From: Eledone cirrhosa
Lineage: Eukaryota
Assembly (NCBI GenBank): GCA_964016885.1
Contig: OZ024742.1
Coordinates: 350,424,001 to 350,488,000 of the forward strand
Direction: 5' to 3'
DNA length: 64,000 bases
The position numbers and the translations under genes are program-made. Position 1 is the stretch's first letter. Each line of letters opens with the position of its first letter. This document shows, one piece after another, positions 1 through 14,600 of the stretch. The notes below the pieces were generated by a model, which was not told where the DNA came from, did no database searches, and saw nothing but the letters and a program-made list of their open reading frames with translations.

Positions 1-3000
1 TGTAGATAGAGACAGGTACACTTACATCCACACCTCCACTCATACACCAAATATAGACATTGTCACAAGTGTAGATAGAGACAGGTACACTGACATCCAC
101 ACCTCCACTCATACACCAAATATAGACATTGTCACAAGTGTAGATAGAGACAGGGACACTGACATCCACACCTCCACTTATACACCAAATATAGACATTG
201 TCAAAAGTGTAGATAGAGACAGGGACAGTGACATCCACCCCTCCACTCATACACCAAATATAGACAATGTCACAAGTGTAGATAGAGACAGGGACACTGA
301 CATCCACCCCTCCACCCATACACCAAATATAGACATTGTCACAAGTGTAGATAGAGACAGGGACACTGACATCCACCCCTCCACTCATACACCAAATATA
401 GACAATGTCACAAGTGTAGATAGAGACAGGTACACTGACATCCACACCTCCACTCATACACCAAATATAGTCAATGTCACAAGTGTAGATACAGACAGGG
501 ACACTGACATCCACCCCTCCACTCATACACCAAATATAGACATTGTCACAAGTGTAGATACAGACAGGGACACTGACATCCACCCCTCCACTCATACACC
601 AAATATAGACATTTCACAAGTGTAGATAGAGACAGAGACACTGACATCCACCCCTCCATTCATACACCAAATATAGACATTGTCACAAGTGTAGATAGAG
701 ACAGGGACACTGACATCCACCCCTCCACTCACAGACCAAATATAGACATTGTGACAAGTGTAGATAGTGACAGGGACACTGACATCCACCCCTCCACTCA
801 TACACCAAATATAGACATTGTCACAAGTGTAGATAGAGACAGGGACACTGACATCCACCCCTCCACTCATACACCAAATATAGACAATGTCACAAGTGTA
901 GATAGAGACAGGGACACTGACATCCACCCCTCCACTCATACACCAAATATAGACATTGTCACAAGTGTAGATAGAGACAGGGACACTGACATCCACCCCT
1001 CCACTCATACACCAAATATAGACATTGTCACAAGTGTAGATAGTGACAGGGACACTGACATCCACCCCTCCACTCATACACCAAATATAGACATGGTCAC
1101 AATTGTAGATAGAGTCAGAGACACTGACATCCACCCCTCCACTCATACACCAAATATAGACATTGTCACAAGTGTAGATAGAGACAGGGACACTGACATC
1201 CACCCCTCCACTCATACACCAAATATAGACAATGTCACAAGTGTAGATAGAGACAGGGACACTGACATCCACTCCTCCACTCATATACCAAATATAGACA
1301 TTGTCACAAGTGTAGATAGAGACAGGGACACTGACATCCACCCCTCCACTCATACACCAAATATAGACAATGTCACAAGTGTAGATAGAGACAGGTACAC
1401 TTACATCCACACCTCCACTCATACACCAAATATAGACATTGTCACAAGTGTAGATAGAGACAGGTACACTGACATCCACACCTCCACTCATACACCAAAT
1501 ATAGACAATGTCACAAGTGTAGATAGAGACAGGGACACTGACATCCACTCCTCCACTCATATACCAAATATAGACATTGTCACAAGTGTAGATAGAGACA
1601 GGGACACTGACATCCACCCCTCCACTCATACACCAAATATAGACAATGTCACAAGTGTAGATAGAGACAGGTACACTTACATCCACACCTCCACTCATAC
1701 ACCAAATATAGACATTGTCACAAGTGTAGATAGAGACAGGTACACTGACATCCACACCTCCACTCATACACCAAATATAGACATTGTCACAAGTGTAGAT
1801 AGAGACAGGGACACTGACATCCACCCCTCCACTTATACACCAAATATAGACATTGTCAAAAGTGTAGATAGAGACAGGGACAGTGACATCCACCCCTCCA
1901 CTCATACACCAAATATAGACAATGTCACAAGTGTAGATAGAGACAGGGACACTGACATCCACCCCTCCACCCATACACCAAATATAGACATTGTCACAAG
2001 TGTAGATAGAGACAGGGACACTGACATCCACCCCTCCACTCATACACCAAATATAGACAATGTCACAAGTGTAGATAGAGACAGGTACACTGACATCCAC
2101 ACCTCCACTCATACACCAAATATAGTCAATGTCACAAGTGTAGATACAGACAGGGACACTGACATCCACCCCTCCACTCATACACCAAATATAGACATTG
2201 TCACAAGTGTAGATACAGACAGGGACACTGACATCCACCCCTCCACTCATACACCAAATATAGACATTTCACAAGTGTAGATAGAGACAGAGACACTGAC
2301 ATCCACCCCTCCATTCATACACCAAATATAGACATTGTCACAAGTGTAGATAGAGACAGGGACACTGACATCCACCCCTCCACTCACAGACCAAATATAG
2401 ACATTGTGACAAGTGTAGATAGTGACAGGGACACTGACATCCACCCCTCCACTCATACACCAAATATAGACATTGTCACAAGTGTAGATAGAGACAGGGA
2501 CACTGACATCCACCCCTCCACTCATACACCAAATATAGACAATGTCACAAGTGTAGATAGAGACAGGGACACTGACATCCACCCCTCCACTCATACACCA
2601 AATATAGACATTGTCACAAGTGTAGATAGAGACAGGGACACTGACATCCACCCCTCCACTCATACACCAAATATAGACATTGTCACAAGTGTAGATAGTG
2701 ACAGGGACACTGACATCCACCCCTCCACTCATACACCAAATATAGACATGGTCACAATTGTAGATAGAGTCAGAGACACTGACATCCACCCCTCCACTCA
2801 TACACCAAATATAGACATTGTCACAAGTGTAGATAGAGACAGGGACACTGACATCCACCCCTCCACTCATACACCAAATATAGACAATGTCACAAGTGTA
2901 GATAGAGACAGGGACACTGACATCCACTCCTCCACTCATATACCAAATATAGACATTGTCACAAGTGTAGATAGAGACAGGGACACTGACATCCACCCCT

Positions 3001-6000
3001 CCACTCATACACCAAATATAGACAATGTCACAAGTGTAGATAGAGACAGGGACACTGACATCCACCCCTCCACTCATACACCAAATATAGACATTGTCAC
3101 AGGTGTGGATAGACAGGGACACTGACATCCACTCCTCCACTCATACACCAAATATAGACATTGATACAAGTGTAGATAGAGACAGGGACACTGACATCCG
3201 TCCCTCCACACATACACCAAATATAGACATTGTCACAAGTGTAAATAGAGACAGGGACACTGACAACCACTCCTCCACTCATACACCAAATATAGACATG
3301 GTCACTAGTGTAGATAGAGACAGGGACACTGACAACACTCCTCCACTCATACACAAAATATAGACATTGTAACAAGTTTAGATACAGACAGAGACACTGA
3401 CAACCACTCCTCCACTCATACACCAAATATAGACATTGTCACAAGTGTAGATACAGACAGGGACACTGACATCCTTCCCTCCACTCATACACCAAATATA
3501 GACATTATCACAAGTGTAGATACTGACAGGGACACTGACATCCACTCCTCCACTCATACACCAAATATAGACATTGTCACAAGTGTAGATAGAGACAGGG
3601 ACACTGACATCCACACCTCCACTCATACACCAAATATAGACAATGTCACAAGTGTAGATAGTGACAGGGACACTAACATCCACTCCTCCACTCATACACC
3701 AAATATAGACATTGTCACAAGTGTAGATAGAGACAGGGACACTGACATCCATCCCTCCAATCATACACCAAATATAGACATCGTCACAAGTGTTAATATA
3801 TACAGGGACACTGACATACACCCCTCCACTCATACACCAAATATAGACATCGTCACAAGTGTAGATAGAGACAGGGACACAGACATACACCCCTCCACTC
3901 ATACACCAAATATAGACATTGTCACAAGCGTAGATAGAGACAGGGACACTGACATCCACCCCTCCACTCATACACCAAATATAGACATTGTCACAAGTGT
4001 AGATAGAAGCAGAGACACTGACATCCACCCCTCCACTCATACACCAAATATAGACATTGTCACAAGTGTAGATAGAGACAGGTACACTGACATCCACACA
4101 TCCACTCATACACCAAATATAGACAATGTCACAAGTGTAGATAGAGACAGGGACACTGACATCCACCCCTCCACTCATACACCAAATATAGACATTGTCA
4201 CAAGTGTAGATAGTGACAGGGACACTGACATCCACCCCTCCACTCATACACCAAATATAGACATTGTCACAATTGTAGATAGAGTCAGAGACACTGACAT
4301 CCACCCCTCCACTCATACACCAAATATAGACATTGTCACAAGTGTAGATAGAGACAGGGACACTGATATCCACCCCTCCACTCATACACCAAATATAGAC
4401 ATTGTCACAAGTGTAGAGAGAAGCAGAGACACTGACATCCACCCCTCCACTCATACACCAAATATAGACATTGTCACAAGCGTAGATAGAGACAGGGACA
4501 CTGACATCCACCCCTCCACTCATACACCAAATATAGACATTGTCACAAGTGTAGATAGAAGCAGAGACACTGACATCCACCCCTCCACTCATACACCAAA
4601 TATAGACATTGTCACAAGTGTAGATAGAGACAGGTACACTTACATCCACACCTCCACTCATACACCAAATATAGACATTGTCACAAGTGTAGATAGAGAC
4701 AGGTACACTGACATCCACACCTCCACTCATACACCAAATATAGACATTGTCACAAGTGTAGATAGAGACAGGGACACTGACATCCACCCCTCCACTTATA
4801 CACCAAATATAGACATTGTCAAAAGTGTAGATAGAGACAGGGACAGTGACATCCACCCCTCCACTCATACACCAAATATAGACAATGTCACAAGTGTAGA
4901 TAGAGACAGGGACACTGACATCCACCCCTCCACCCATACACCAAATATAGACATTGTCACAAGTGTAGATAGAGACAGGGACACTGACATCCACCCCTCC
5001 ACTCATACACCAAATATAGACAATGTCACAAGTGTAGATAGAGACAGGTACACTGACATCCACACCTCCACTCATACACCAAATATAGTCAATGTCACAA
5101 GTGTAGATACAGACAGGGACACTGACATCCACCCCTCCACTCATACACCAAATATAGACATTGTCACAAGTGTAGATACAGACAGGGACACTGACATCCA
5201 CCCCTCCACTCATACACCAAATATAGACATTTCACAAGTGTAGATAGAGACAGAGACACTGACATCCACCCCTCCATTCATACACCAAATATAGACATTG
5301 TCACAAGTGTAGATAGAGACAGGGACACTGACATCCACCCCTCCACTCACAGACCAAATATAGACATTGTGACAAGTGTAGATAGTGACAGGGACACTGA
5401 CATCCACCCCTCCACTCATACACCAAATATAGACATTGTCACAAGTGTAGATAGAGACAGGGACACTGACATCCACCCCTCCACTCATACACCAAATATA
5501 GACAATGTCACAAGTGTAGATAGAGACAGGGACACTGACATCCACCCCTCCACTCATACACCAAATATAGACATTGTCACAAGTGTAGATAGAGACAGGG
5601 ACACTGACATCCACCCCTCCACTCATACACCAAATATAGACATTGTCACAAGTGTAGATAGTGACAGGGACACTGACATCCACCCCTCCACTCATACACC
5701 AAATATAGACATGGTCACAATTGTAGATAGAGTCAGAGACACTGACATCCACCCCTCCACTCATACACCAAATATAGACATTGTCACAAGTGTAGATAGA
5801 GACAGGGACACTGACATCCACCCCTCCACTCATACACCAAATATAGACAATGTCACAAGTGTAGATAGAGACAGGGACACTGACATCCACTCCTCCACTC
5901 ATATACCAAATATAGACATTGTCACAAGTGTAGATAGAGACAGGGACACTGACATCCACCCCTCCACTCATACACCAAATATAGACAATGTCACAAGTGT

Positions 6001-9000
6001 AGATAGAGACAGGGACACTGACATCCACCCCTCCACTCATACACCAAATATAGACATTGTCACAGGTGTGGATAGACAGGGACACTGACATCCACTCCTC
6101 CACTCATACACCAAATATAGACATTGATACAAGTGTAGATAGAGACAGGGACACTGACATCCGTCCCTCCACACATACACCAAATATAGACATTGTCACA
6201 AGTGTAAATAGAGACAGGGACACTGACAACCACTCCTCCACTCATACACCAAATATAGACATGGTCACTAGTGTAGATAGAGACAGGGACACTGACATCA
6301 CTCCTCCACTCATACACAAAATATAGACATTGTAACAAGTTTAGATACAGACAGAGACACTGACAACCACTCCTCCACTCATACACCAAATATAGACATT
6401 GTCACAAGTGTAGATACAGACAGGGACACTGACATCCTTCCCTCCACTCATACACCAAATATAGACATTATCACAAGTGTAGATACTGACAGGGACACTG
6501 ACATCCACTCCTCCACTCATACACCAAATATAGACATTGTCACAAGTGTAGATAGAGACAGGGACACTGACATCCACACCTCCACTCATACACCAAATAT
6601 AGACAATGTCACAAGTGTAGATAGTGACAGGGACACTAACATCCACTCCTCCACTCATACACCAAATATAGACATTGTCACAAGTGTAGATAGAGACAGG
6701 GACACTGACATCCACCCCTCCAATCATACACCAAATATAGACATCGTCACAAGTGTTAATATATACAGGGACACTGACATACACCCCTCCACTCATACAC
6801 CAAATATAGACATCGTCACAAGTGTAAATAGAGACAGGGACACAGACATACACCCCTCCACTCATACACCAAATATAGACATTGTCACAAGCGTAGATAG
6901 AGACAGGGACACTGACATCCACCCCTCCACTCATACACCAAATATAGACATTGTCACAAGTGTAGATAGAAGCAGAGACACTGACATCCACCCCTCCACT
7001 CATACACCAAATATAGACATTGTCACAAGTGTAGATAGAGACAGGTACACTGACATCCACACATCCACTCATACACCAAATATAGACAATGTCACAAGTG
7101 TAGATAGAGACAGGGACACTGACATCCACCCCTCCACTCATACACCAAATATAGACATTGTCACAAGTGTAGATAGTGACAGGGACACTGACATCCACCC
7201 CTCCACTCATACACCAAATATAGACATTGTCACAATTGTAGATAGAGTCAGAGACACTGACATCCACCCCTCCACTCATACACCAAATATAGACATTGTC
7301 ACAAGTGTAGATAGAGACAGGGACACTGACATCCACCCCTCCACTCATACACCAAATATAGACATTGTCACAAGTGTAGAGAGAAGCAGAGACACTGACA
7401 TCCACCCCTCCACTCATACACCAAATATAGACATTGTCACAAGCGTAGATAGAGACAGGGACACTGACATCCACCCCTCCACTCATACACCAAATATAGA
7501 CATTGTCACAAGTGTAGATAGAAGCAGAGACACTGACATCCACCCCTCCACTCATACACCAAATATAGACATTGTCACAAGTGTAGATAGAGACAGGTAC
7601 ACTTACATCCACACCTCCACTCATACACCAAATATAGACATTGTCACAAGTGTAGATAGAGACAGGTACACTGACATCCACACCTCCACTCATACACCAA
7701 ATATAGACATTGTCACAAGTGTAGATAGAGACAGGGACACTGACATCCACCCCTCCACTTATACACCAAATATAGACATTGTCAAAAGTGTAGATAGAGA
7801 CAGGGACAGTGACATCCACCCCTCCACTCATACACCAAATATAGACAATGTCACAAGTGTAGATAGAGACAGGGACACTGACATCCACCCCTCCACCCAT
7901 ACACCAAATATAGACATTGTCACAAGTGTAGATAGAGACAGGGACACTGACATCCACCCCTCCACTCATACACCAAATATAGACAATGTCACAAGTGTAG
8001 ATAGAGACAGGTACACTGACATCCACACCTCCACTCATACACCAAATATAGTCAATGTCACAAGTGTAGATACAGACAGGGACACTGACATCCACCCCTC
8101 CACTCATACACCAAATATAGACATTGTCACAAGTGTAGATACAGACAGGGACACTGACATCCACCCCTCCACTCATACACCAAATATAGACATTTCACAA
8201 GTGTAGATAGAGACAGAGACACTGACATCCACCCCTCCATTCATACACCAAATATAGACATTGTCACAAGTGTAGATAGAGACAGGGACACTGACATCCA
8301 CCCCTCCACTCACAGACCAAATATAGACATTGTGACAAGTGTAGATAGTGACAGGGACACTGACATCCACCCCTCCACTCATACACCAAATATAGACATT
8401 GTCACAAGTGTAGATAGAGACAGGGACACTGACATCCACCCCTCCACTCATACACCAAATATAGACAATGTCACAAGTGTAGATAGAGACAGGGACACTG
8501 ACATCCACCCCTCCACTCATACACCAAATATAGACATTGTCACAAGTGTAGATAGAGACAGGGACACTGACATCCACCCCTCCACTCATACACCAAATAT
8601 AGACATTGTCACAAGTGTAGATAGTGACAGGGACACTGACATCCACCCCTCCACTCATACACCAAATATAGACATGGTCACAATTGTAGATAGAGTCAGA
8701 GACACTGACATCCACCCCTCCACTCATACACCAAATATAGACATTGTCACAAGTGTAGATAGAGACAGAGACACTGACATCCACCCCTCCACTCATACAC
8801 CAAATATAGACAATGTCACAAGTGTAGATAGAGACAGGGACACTGACATCCACTCCTCCACTCATATACCAAATATAGACATTGTCACAAGTGTAGATAG
8901 AGACAGGGACACTGACATCCACCCCTCCACTCATACACCAAATATAGACAATGTCACAAGTGTAGATAGAGACAGGGACACTGACATCCACCCCTCCACT

Positions 9001-11200
9001 CATACACCAAATATAGACATTGTCACAGGTGTGGATAGACAGGGACACTGACATCCACTCCTCCACTCATACACCAAATATAGACATTGATACAAGTGTA
9101 GATAGAGACAGGGACACTGACATCCGTCCCTCCACACATACACCAAATATAGACATTGTCACAAGTGTAAATAGAGACAGGGACACTGACAACCACTCCT
9201 CCACTCATACACCAAATATAGACATGGTCACTAGTGTAGATAGAGACAGGGACACTGGCATCACTCCTCCACTCATACACAAAATATAGACATTGTAACA
9301 AGTTTAGATACAGACAGAGACACTGACAACCACTCCTCCACTCATACACCAAATATAGACATTGTCACAAGTGTAGATACAGACAGGGACACTGACATCC
9401 TTCCCTCCACTCATACACCAAATATAGACATTATCACAAGTGTAGATACTGACAGGGACACTGACATCCACTCCTCCACTCATACACCAAATATAGACAT
9501 TGTCACAAGTGTAGATAGAGACAGGGACACTGACATCCACACCTCCACTCATACACCAAATATAGACAATGTCACAAGTGTAGATAGTGACAGGGACACT
9601 AACATCCACTCCTCCACTCATACACCAAATATAGACATTGTCACAAGTGTAGATAGAGACAGGGACACTGACATCCACCCCTCCAATCATACACCAAATA
9701 TAGACATCGTCACAAGTGTTAATATATACAGGGACACTGACATACACCCCTCCACTCATACACCAAATATAGACATCGTCACAAGTGTAGATAGAGACAG
9801 GGACACAGACATACACCCCTCCACTCATACACCAAATATAGACATTGTCACAAGCGTAGATAGAGACAGGGACACTGACATCCACCCCTCCACTCATACA
9901 CCAAATATAGACATTGTCACAAGTGTAGATAGAAGCAGAGACACTGACATCCACCCCTCCACTCATACACCAAATATAGACATTGTCACAAGTGTAGATA
10001 GAGACAGGTACACTGACATCCACACATCCACTCATACACCAAATATAGACAATGTCACAAGTGTAGATAGAGACAGGGACACTGACATCCACCCCTCCAC
10101 TCATACACCAAATATAGACATTGTCACAAGTGTAGATACAGACAGGGACACTGACATCCACCCCTCCACTCATACACCAAATATAGACATTTCACAAGTG
10201 TAGATAGAGACAGAGACACTGACATCCACCCCTCCATTCATACACCAAATATAGACATTGTCACAAGTGTAAATAGAGACAGGGACACTGACATACACCC
10301 CTCCACTCACAGACCAAATATAGACATTGTGACAAGTGTAGATAGTGACAGGGACACTGACATCCACCCCGCCACTCATACACGAAATATAGACATTGTC
10401 ACAAGTGTAGATAGAGACAGGGACACTGACATCCACCCCTCCACTCATACACCAAATATAGACAATGTCACAAGTGTAGATAGAGACAGGGACACTGACA
10501 TCCACCCCTCCACTCATACACCAAATATAGACATTGTCACAAGTGTAGATAGAGACAGGGACACTGACATCCACCCCTCCACTCATACACCAAATATAGA
10601 CATTGTCACAAGTGTAGATAGTGACAGGGACACTGACATCCACCCCTCCACTCATACACCAAATATAGACATTGTCACAATTGTAGATAGAGTCAGAGAC
10701 ACTGACATCCACCCCTCCACTCATACACCAAATATAGACATTGTCACAAGTGTAGATAGAGACAGGGACACTGACATCCACCCCTCCACTCATACACCAA
10801 ATATAGACAATGTCACAAGTGTAGATAGAGACAGGGACACTGACATCCACTCCTCCACTCATACACCAAATATAGACATTGTCACAAGTGTAGATAGAGA
10901 CAGGGACACTGACATCCACCCCTCCACTCATACACCAAATATAGACAATGTCACAAGTGTAGATAGAGACAGGGACACTGACATCCACCCCTCCACTCAT
11001 ACACCAAATATAGACATTGTCACAGGTGTGGATAGACAGGGACACTGACATCCACTCCTCCACTCATACACCAAATATAGACATTGATACAAGTGTAGAT
11101 AGAGACAGGGACACTGACATCCTTCCCTCCACTCATACACCAAATATAGACATGGTCACAAGTGTAAATAGAGACAGGGACACTGACATCCACCCCTCCA
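1..11200. repeat. HOR domain 1 of the 69-bp satellite (43-mer of 2963 bp, with 24-mer and 29-mer variants)
   Basis: The 1-bp-deletion marker GACATTTCACAAG lies at 608, 2263, 5226, 8189 and 10186. Spacings are 1655 (24x69-1), 2963, 2963 (43x69-4) and 1997 (2963-14x69). Confidence 0.93.
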
Positions 11201-11699
11201 CTCATACACCAAATATAGACATTGTCACAAGTTTAGATACAGACAGGGACACTGACAACCACTCCTCCACTCATACACCAAATATAGACCTTATCACAAG
11301 TGTAGATACTGACAGGGACACTGACATCCACCCCTCCACTCATACACCAAATATAAACATTGTCACAAGTGTAGATAGAGACAGGGACACTGACATCCAC
11401 TCCTCAACTCATACACCAAATATAGACCTTATCACAAGTGTAGATAGAGACAGGGACACTGACATCCACTCCTCCACTCATACACCAAATATAGACATTG
11501 TCACAAGTGCAGATAGAGAGAGGGACACTGCCATCCACTCCTCCACTCATACACCAAATATAGACAATGTCACAAGTGTAGATAGAGACAGGGAGAATGA
11601 CATCCACCCCTCCACTCATACACCAAATATAAACATTGTCACAAGTGTAGATTGAGACAGGTACACTGACATCCACACCTCCACTCATACAACAAATAT

Positions 11700-14600
11700 A
11701 GACAATGTCACAAGTGTAGATAGTGACAGGGACACTGACATACACCCCTCCACTCATACACCAAATATAGACATTGTCACAAGTGTAGATACTGCCAGGG
11801 ACACTGACATCCACCCCTCCACTCATACACCAAATATAGACAATGTCACAAGTGTAGATAGAGACAGGGACACTGACATCCACCCCTCCACTCATACACC
11901 ACATATAGACAATGTCACAAGTGTAGATAGAGACAGGGACACTGACATTCACCCCTCCACTCATACACCAAGTATAGACAATATCACAAGTGTAGATAGT
12001 GACAGGGACACTGACATCCACCCCTCCACTCATACACCAAATATAGACGTTGTCACAAGTGTAGATAGAGACAGAGACACTGACATCCACCCCTCCACTC
12101 ATACACCAAATATACACATTGTCACAAGTGTAGATAGAGACAGGGACACTGACATCCACCCCTCCACTCATACACCAAATATAGACATTGTCACAAGTGT
12201 AGATAGAGACAGGGACACTGACATCCACCCCTCCACTCATACACCAAATATAGACAATGTCACAAGTGTAGATAGAGACAGGTACACTGACATCCACACC
12301 TCCACTCATACACCAAATATAGACAATGTCACAAGTGTAGATAGAGACAGGGACACTAACATCCACCCCTCCACTCATACACCAAATATAGACATTGTCA
12401 CCAGTGTAGATACAGACAGGGACACTGACATCCACCCCTCCACTCATACACCAAATATACACATTGTCACAAGTGTAGATAGAGACAGGGACACTGACAT
12501 CCACCCCTCCACTCATACACCAAATATAGACATTGTCACAAGTTTAGATACAGACAGGGACACTGACAACCACTCATCCACTCATACACCAAATATAGAC
12601 ATCGTCACAAGTGTTAATATATACAGGGACACTGACATACACCCCTCCACTCATACACCAAATATAGACATTGTCACAAGTGTAGATACTGCCAGGGACA
12701 CTGACATCCACTCCTCCACTCATACACCAAATATAGACAATGTCACAAGTGTAGATAGTGACAGGGACACTGACATCTACCCCTCCACTCATACACCAAA
12801 TATAGACATCGTCACAAGTGTAGATACTGACAGGGACACTGACATTCGCCCCTCCACTCATACACCAAATATAGACATCGTCACAAGTGTAGATAGAGAC
12901 AGGGACACTGACATACACCCCTCCACTCATACACCAAATATAGACAATGTCACAAGTGTAGATAGAGACAGGGACACTAACATCTACCCCTCCACTCATA
13001 CACCAAATATAGACATTGTCACAAGTGTAAATAGAGACAGGGACACTGACATCAACCCCCTCCACTCATACACCAAATATAGACAATGTCACAAGTGTAA
13101 ATAGAGACAGGGACACTGACATCCACCCCTCCACTCATACACCAAATATAGACATTGTCACAAGTGTAGATAGAGACAGGGACACTGACATCCACCCCTC
13201 CACTCATACACCAAATATAGACATTGTCACAAGTGTAGATAGAGACAGGGACACTGACATCCACCCCTCCACTCATACACCAAATATAGACATTGTCACA
13301 AGTGTAGATAGAAGCAGAGACACTGACATCCACCCCTCCACTCATACACCAAATATAGACATTGTCACAAGTGTAGATAGAGACAGGTACACCGACATCC
13401 ACACCTCCACTCATACACCAAATATAGACATTGTCACAAGTGTAGATAGAGACAGGGACACTGACATCCTCCCCTCCACTCATACACCAAATATAGACAA
13501 TGTCACAAGTGTAGATAGAGACAGGGACACTGACATCCACCCCTCCACTCATACACCAAATATAGACATTGTCACAAGTGTAGATAGAGACAGAGACACT
13601 GACATCCACCCCTCCACTCATACACCAAATATACACATTGTCACAAGTGTAGATAGAGAGAGGGACACTGACATCCACCCCTCCACTCATACACCAAATA
13701 TAGACATTGTCACAAGTGTAGATAGACACAGGGACACTGACATCCACCCCTCCACTCATACACCAAATATAGACAATGTCACAAGTGTAGATAGAGACAG
13801 GGACACTGACATCCACCCCTCCACTCATACACCAAATATAGACATTGTCACCAGTGTAGATACAGACAGGGACACTGACATCCACCCCTCCACTCATACA
13901 CCAAATATAGACATTGTCACAAGTGTAGATAGAGACACTGACATCCACCCCTCCATTCATACACCAAATATAGACATTGTCACAAGTGTAGATAGAGACA
14001 GGGACACTGACATCCACCCCTCCACTCACACACCAAATATAGACATTGTCACAAGTGTAGATAGTGACAGGGACTCTGACATCCACCCCTCCACTCATAC
14101 ACCAAATATAGACATTGTCACAAGTGTAGATAGAGACAGGGACACTGACATCCACCCCTCCACTCATACACCAAATATAGACATTGTCACAAGTGTAGAT
14201 AGAGACAAGGACACTGACATCCACCCCTCCACTCATACACCAAATATAGACATTGTCACAAGTGTAGATAGTGACAGGGACACTGACATCCACCCCTCCA
14301 CTCATACACCAAATATAGACATTGTCACAAGTGTAGATAGAGACAGAGACACTGACATCCACCCCTCCACTCATACACCAAATATAGACATTGTCACTAG
14401 TGTAGATAGAGACAGGGACACTGACATCACACCTCCACTCCTCCACCAAATATAGACATTGATACAAGTGTAGATAGTGACAGGGACACTGACATCCACC
14501 CCTCCACTCATACACCAAATATAGACATTGTCACAAGTTTAGATACAGACAGGGACACTGACAACCACTCATCCACTCATACACCAAATATAGACATTGT

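Noticed and set aside
235-250. CCACCCCTCCAC as a PRDM9/Chi-like recombination motif or G-quadruplex
   Set aside because: It does not match CCNCCNTNNCCNC or Chi. Only a weak two-tier G4 is possible, and the common C>T variant breaks the G4 run.
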